This document shows, piece after piece, positions 62,539-64,000 of a DNA stretch of 64,000 nucleotides. The DNA is from an uncultured Alphaproteobacteria bacterium (GTDB lineage Bacteria > Pseudomonadota > Alphaproteobacteria > HIMB59 > GCA-002718135), in assembly GCA_902575815.1 (NCBI GenBank), contig CACGTA010000001.1, forward strand, positions 8,147 through 72,146, in the 5' to 3' direction. The translations under genes were made by a program, and so were the position numbers. Position 1 is the stretch's first letter, and each line of letters starts with the position of its first letter. The notes beneath the pieces were generated by a model, which saw nothing but the letters and a program-made list of their open reading frames with translations, was not told where the DNA came from and ran no database searches.

Positions 62539-63743
62539 TAGTTAAATAAGTCTAAAAGTGATTTAGCTTTAATATAATTTTCATTATATTCTTTTTTTGC
62601 GGTACTGCCTAAGATCACACCACTAGCAACTGATAATTCAATATCATTTTTAAAATTAAGTAGTGTTCTAATCATTATGTTAAATCGCATATCACCATTT
62701 GAATGTATAATTCCAAAACTGCCTGTATAAATATTTCTATCAAATTTTTCTTTTCTATTTAGAAGTTGAATAGTACTAATTTTTGGACAACCAATGACTG
62801 AACCACCTGGCATTAAAGAAGAAATTATATCATGGTTACTCATTTTATTTTTTATAACCCCCTTGATTGTCGTAACATAATGAAAAAGATCTCGATATTC
62901 CTCAACCTTTTTGAGTTTATCTATTTTTACAGATCCAGTTTTACAAATTTTAGACAGATCATTTCTTTCCATATCAACAATCATATTATGTTCTTTGGTT
63001 TCTTTTTCATTTCTTCTAAAGAATGTGAGAGCTTTATTTTTATTTAACTGCTTTGTTTTTCTTAATGTTCCAGCAATAGGTTTAGTTCTAATTATGTTAT
63101 CTTTTTTCAATATGAGTGTCTCTGGTGAACAACTTACGATATTATAATCTTTTTCCCTGATAAGAAAACTTTCAGGCGATTCATTCATTTTCATTAGCTT
63201 CCAAAAAAGATCAATAGAATTGATATTACCTTTTTTTGAATATGTTTGAGCTATTTTAATTTGATAAGTTTTTCCCTGTTTTATATTTTTAGAGAAATCA
63301 TTAAATAGGTTAGAGTACTGCTTTAAAGATAAATTAAGATTAAACTTTTTATTTAACTGTAAATATTTTTTTGTATTTATACTTATATTTCTAAAATTGG
63401 GTTTAATGCTTTTGATTATTATTTTTTTACCAATACTAATTTTAGTTTGTGGCTTGTAAAATACACCGCTATGAAAATTTTTAGATCGCTGTTCTGGAAA
63501 CTTTATTCCTATATTTTCACAAAGAAGTTTATAACCAAAGAAACCAACATAACAATTCAGTTCTTCAATCTTTGATTTTTTTGATTTTGATTGAATATTA
63601 AGAAAATTTTTTAGATTTTTTTTATTAATAATAATTCTTCTAGAAAAATCAGTATAGAGGTCATAACCCTTATCAGTTTTATAAATTATAAGAGGTTTAT
63701 CTGATTGATATAGTCTATTTAGATATTCTTTATTGTTCAGCAC
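62538..63743 (-). CDS. pabB: Aminodeoxychorismate synthase component I (short form)
   Basis: Chorismate-binding blocks SCSPE, RTKPIAGT, EH.MIVD..RND and GGSVIGCPK. Confidence 0.8.
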   Translation of the reverse strand: MLNNKEYLNRLYQSDKPLIIYKTDKGYDLYTDFSRRIIINKKNLKNFLNIQSKSKKSKIEELNCYVGFFGYKLLCENIGIKFPEQRSKNFHSGVFYKPQTKISIGKKIIIKSIKPNFRNISINTKKYLQLNKKFNLNLSLKQYSNLFNDFSKNIKQGKTYQIKIAQTYSKKGNINSIDLFWKLMKMNESPESFLIREKDYNIVSCSPETLILKKDNIIRTKPIAGTLRKTKQLNKNKALTFFRRNEKETKEHNMIVDMERNDLSKICKTGSVKIDKLKKVEEYRDLFHYVTTIKGVIKNKMSNHDIISSLMPGGSVIGCPKISTIQLLNRKEKFDRNIYTGSFGIIHSNGDMRFNIMIRTLLNFKNDIELSVASGVILGSTAKKEYNENYIKAKSLLDLFN

Positions 63744-63771
63744 TTGATTCTATTATAATTAGGATTCTTAT

Positions 63772-64000
63772 ATGAAAAGTTTTTTTACTAAAATATTCTT
63801 TTTTGGCTTAACAGTCACATGGTCATTAGGTCTTTTTGCACATGGAACTATCATTTTTCCAAATGTAGAACATGGTGATGGTTTCATTGATGTTAAGATA
63901 TATGACACAAAAGAGAGCTTTTTGGATGAAAAATTAGCAATTGAGAGCGTTAGAAAAAGAGTACAAAAGGGTGAGGTTGTAGTTCCTTTGAGTAAGATCC
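63772..64000 (+). CDS. Secreted hypothetical protein, 5-prime part (runs off window)
   Basis: ATG at 63772 followed by a signal-peptide-like MKSFFTKIFFFGLTVTWSLGLFAHG. No confident family assignment. Confidence 0.4.
   Translation, partial: MKSFFTKIFFFGLTVTWSLGLFAHGTIIFPNVEHGDGFIDVKIYDTKESFLDEKLAIESVRKRVQKGEVVVPLSKI

Noticed and set aside
59002-63743. The very low GC of the TrpF-like and pab-fol segment (about 15-23 percent in the 60-nt lines I counted) as possible evidence of foreign origin.
   Set aside because: Sampled lines in ppk/ppx (about 20 percent) and plcP2 (about 25 percent) are similarly low. Membrane and binding-protein genes reach 42-45 percent. The heterogeneity tracks protein type and expression level rather than a single boundary. 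I could not compute a proper window statistic.
1-64000. A search by eye for CRISPR arrays, tRNA/rRNA genes, transposases, integrases, toxin-antitoxin pairs, restriction-modification systems or other defence systems.
   Set aside because: None were found. The intergenic regions are short and are accounted for by promoters, hairpins or the two repeat copies. No ORF shows nuclease, recombinase or defence-type motifs that I could recognise. Absence by eye is not proof.

Overview
The window is AT-rich and tightly packed, with many 1-30 nt gene overlaps and no rRNA, tRNA, CRISPR, transposase or integrase that I could find. The gene content and streamlining fit a marine alphaproteobacterium of the Pelagibacterales (SAR11) type. 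That taxon call is an inference from style and content, not a database hit.

Positions ~1.6-38.4 kb form one nearly continuous phosphorus-stress supercluster:
- SET-phoR-pstSCAB-phoU-phoB.
- Two diverged, inverted copies of the plcP-agt phospholipid-to-glycolipid remodelling pair.
- ppx, a sixA-like gene and ppk1.
- arsC and a DUF47-pit pair.
- An orphan phnZ with a Cys-phosphatase, and phnW with an AllA-fold protein.
- A Ugp-like ABC importer with a GpdQ-like diesterase.
- A phnA / phosphonoacetaldehyde-dehydrogenase cluster fused to an unassigned MetE-fold / Fe-ADH / methyltransferase-like trio and a sugar-type ABC importer.

The remaining ~26 kb is housekeeping or accessory: msrPQ, cytochrome c, an orphan family-5 binding protein, adenosine kinase and deaminase, an M48 protease, a ferric-iron ABC system, a small heat-shock gene, a cdd / purine nucleoside phosphorylase / deoA nucleoside array behind a DUF1800/DUF1501 pair, and a pabBAC-folPBK operon.

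The most noteworthy observations are:
1. The unexplained enzyme trio and atypical transporter in the phosphonate cluster.
2. phnZ without its hydroxylase partner, next to an AllA-fold protein carrying an HxD...H pattern.
3. A ~198-bp direct repeat, containing a decayed arsC 3-prime fragment, that brackets the second lipid-remodelling cassette.
4. Recurrent 11-bp-phased heptamers (Pho-box-like) upstream of most P-related transcription units.

All calls rest on motif recognition by eye. No searches or statistics were run.
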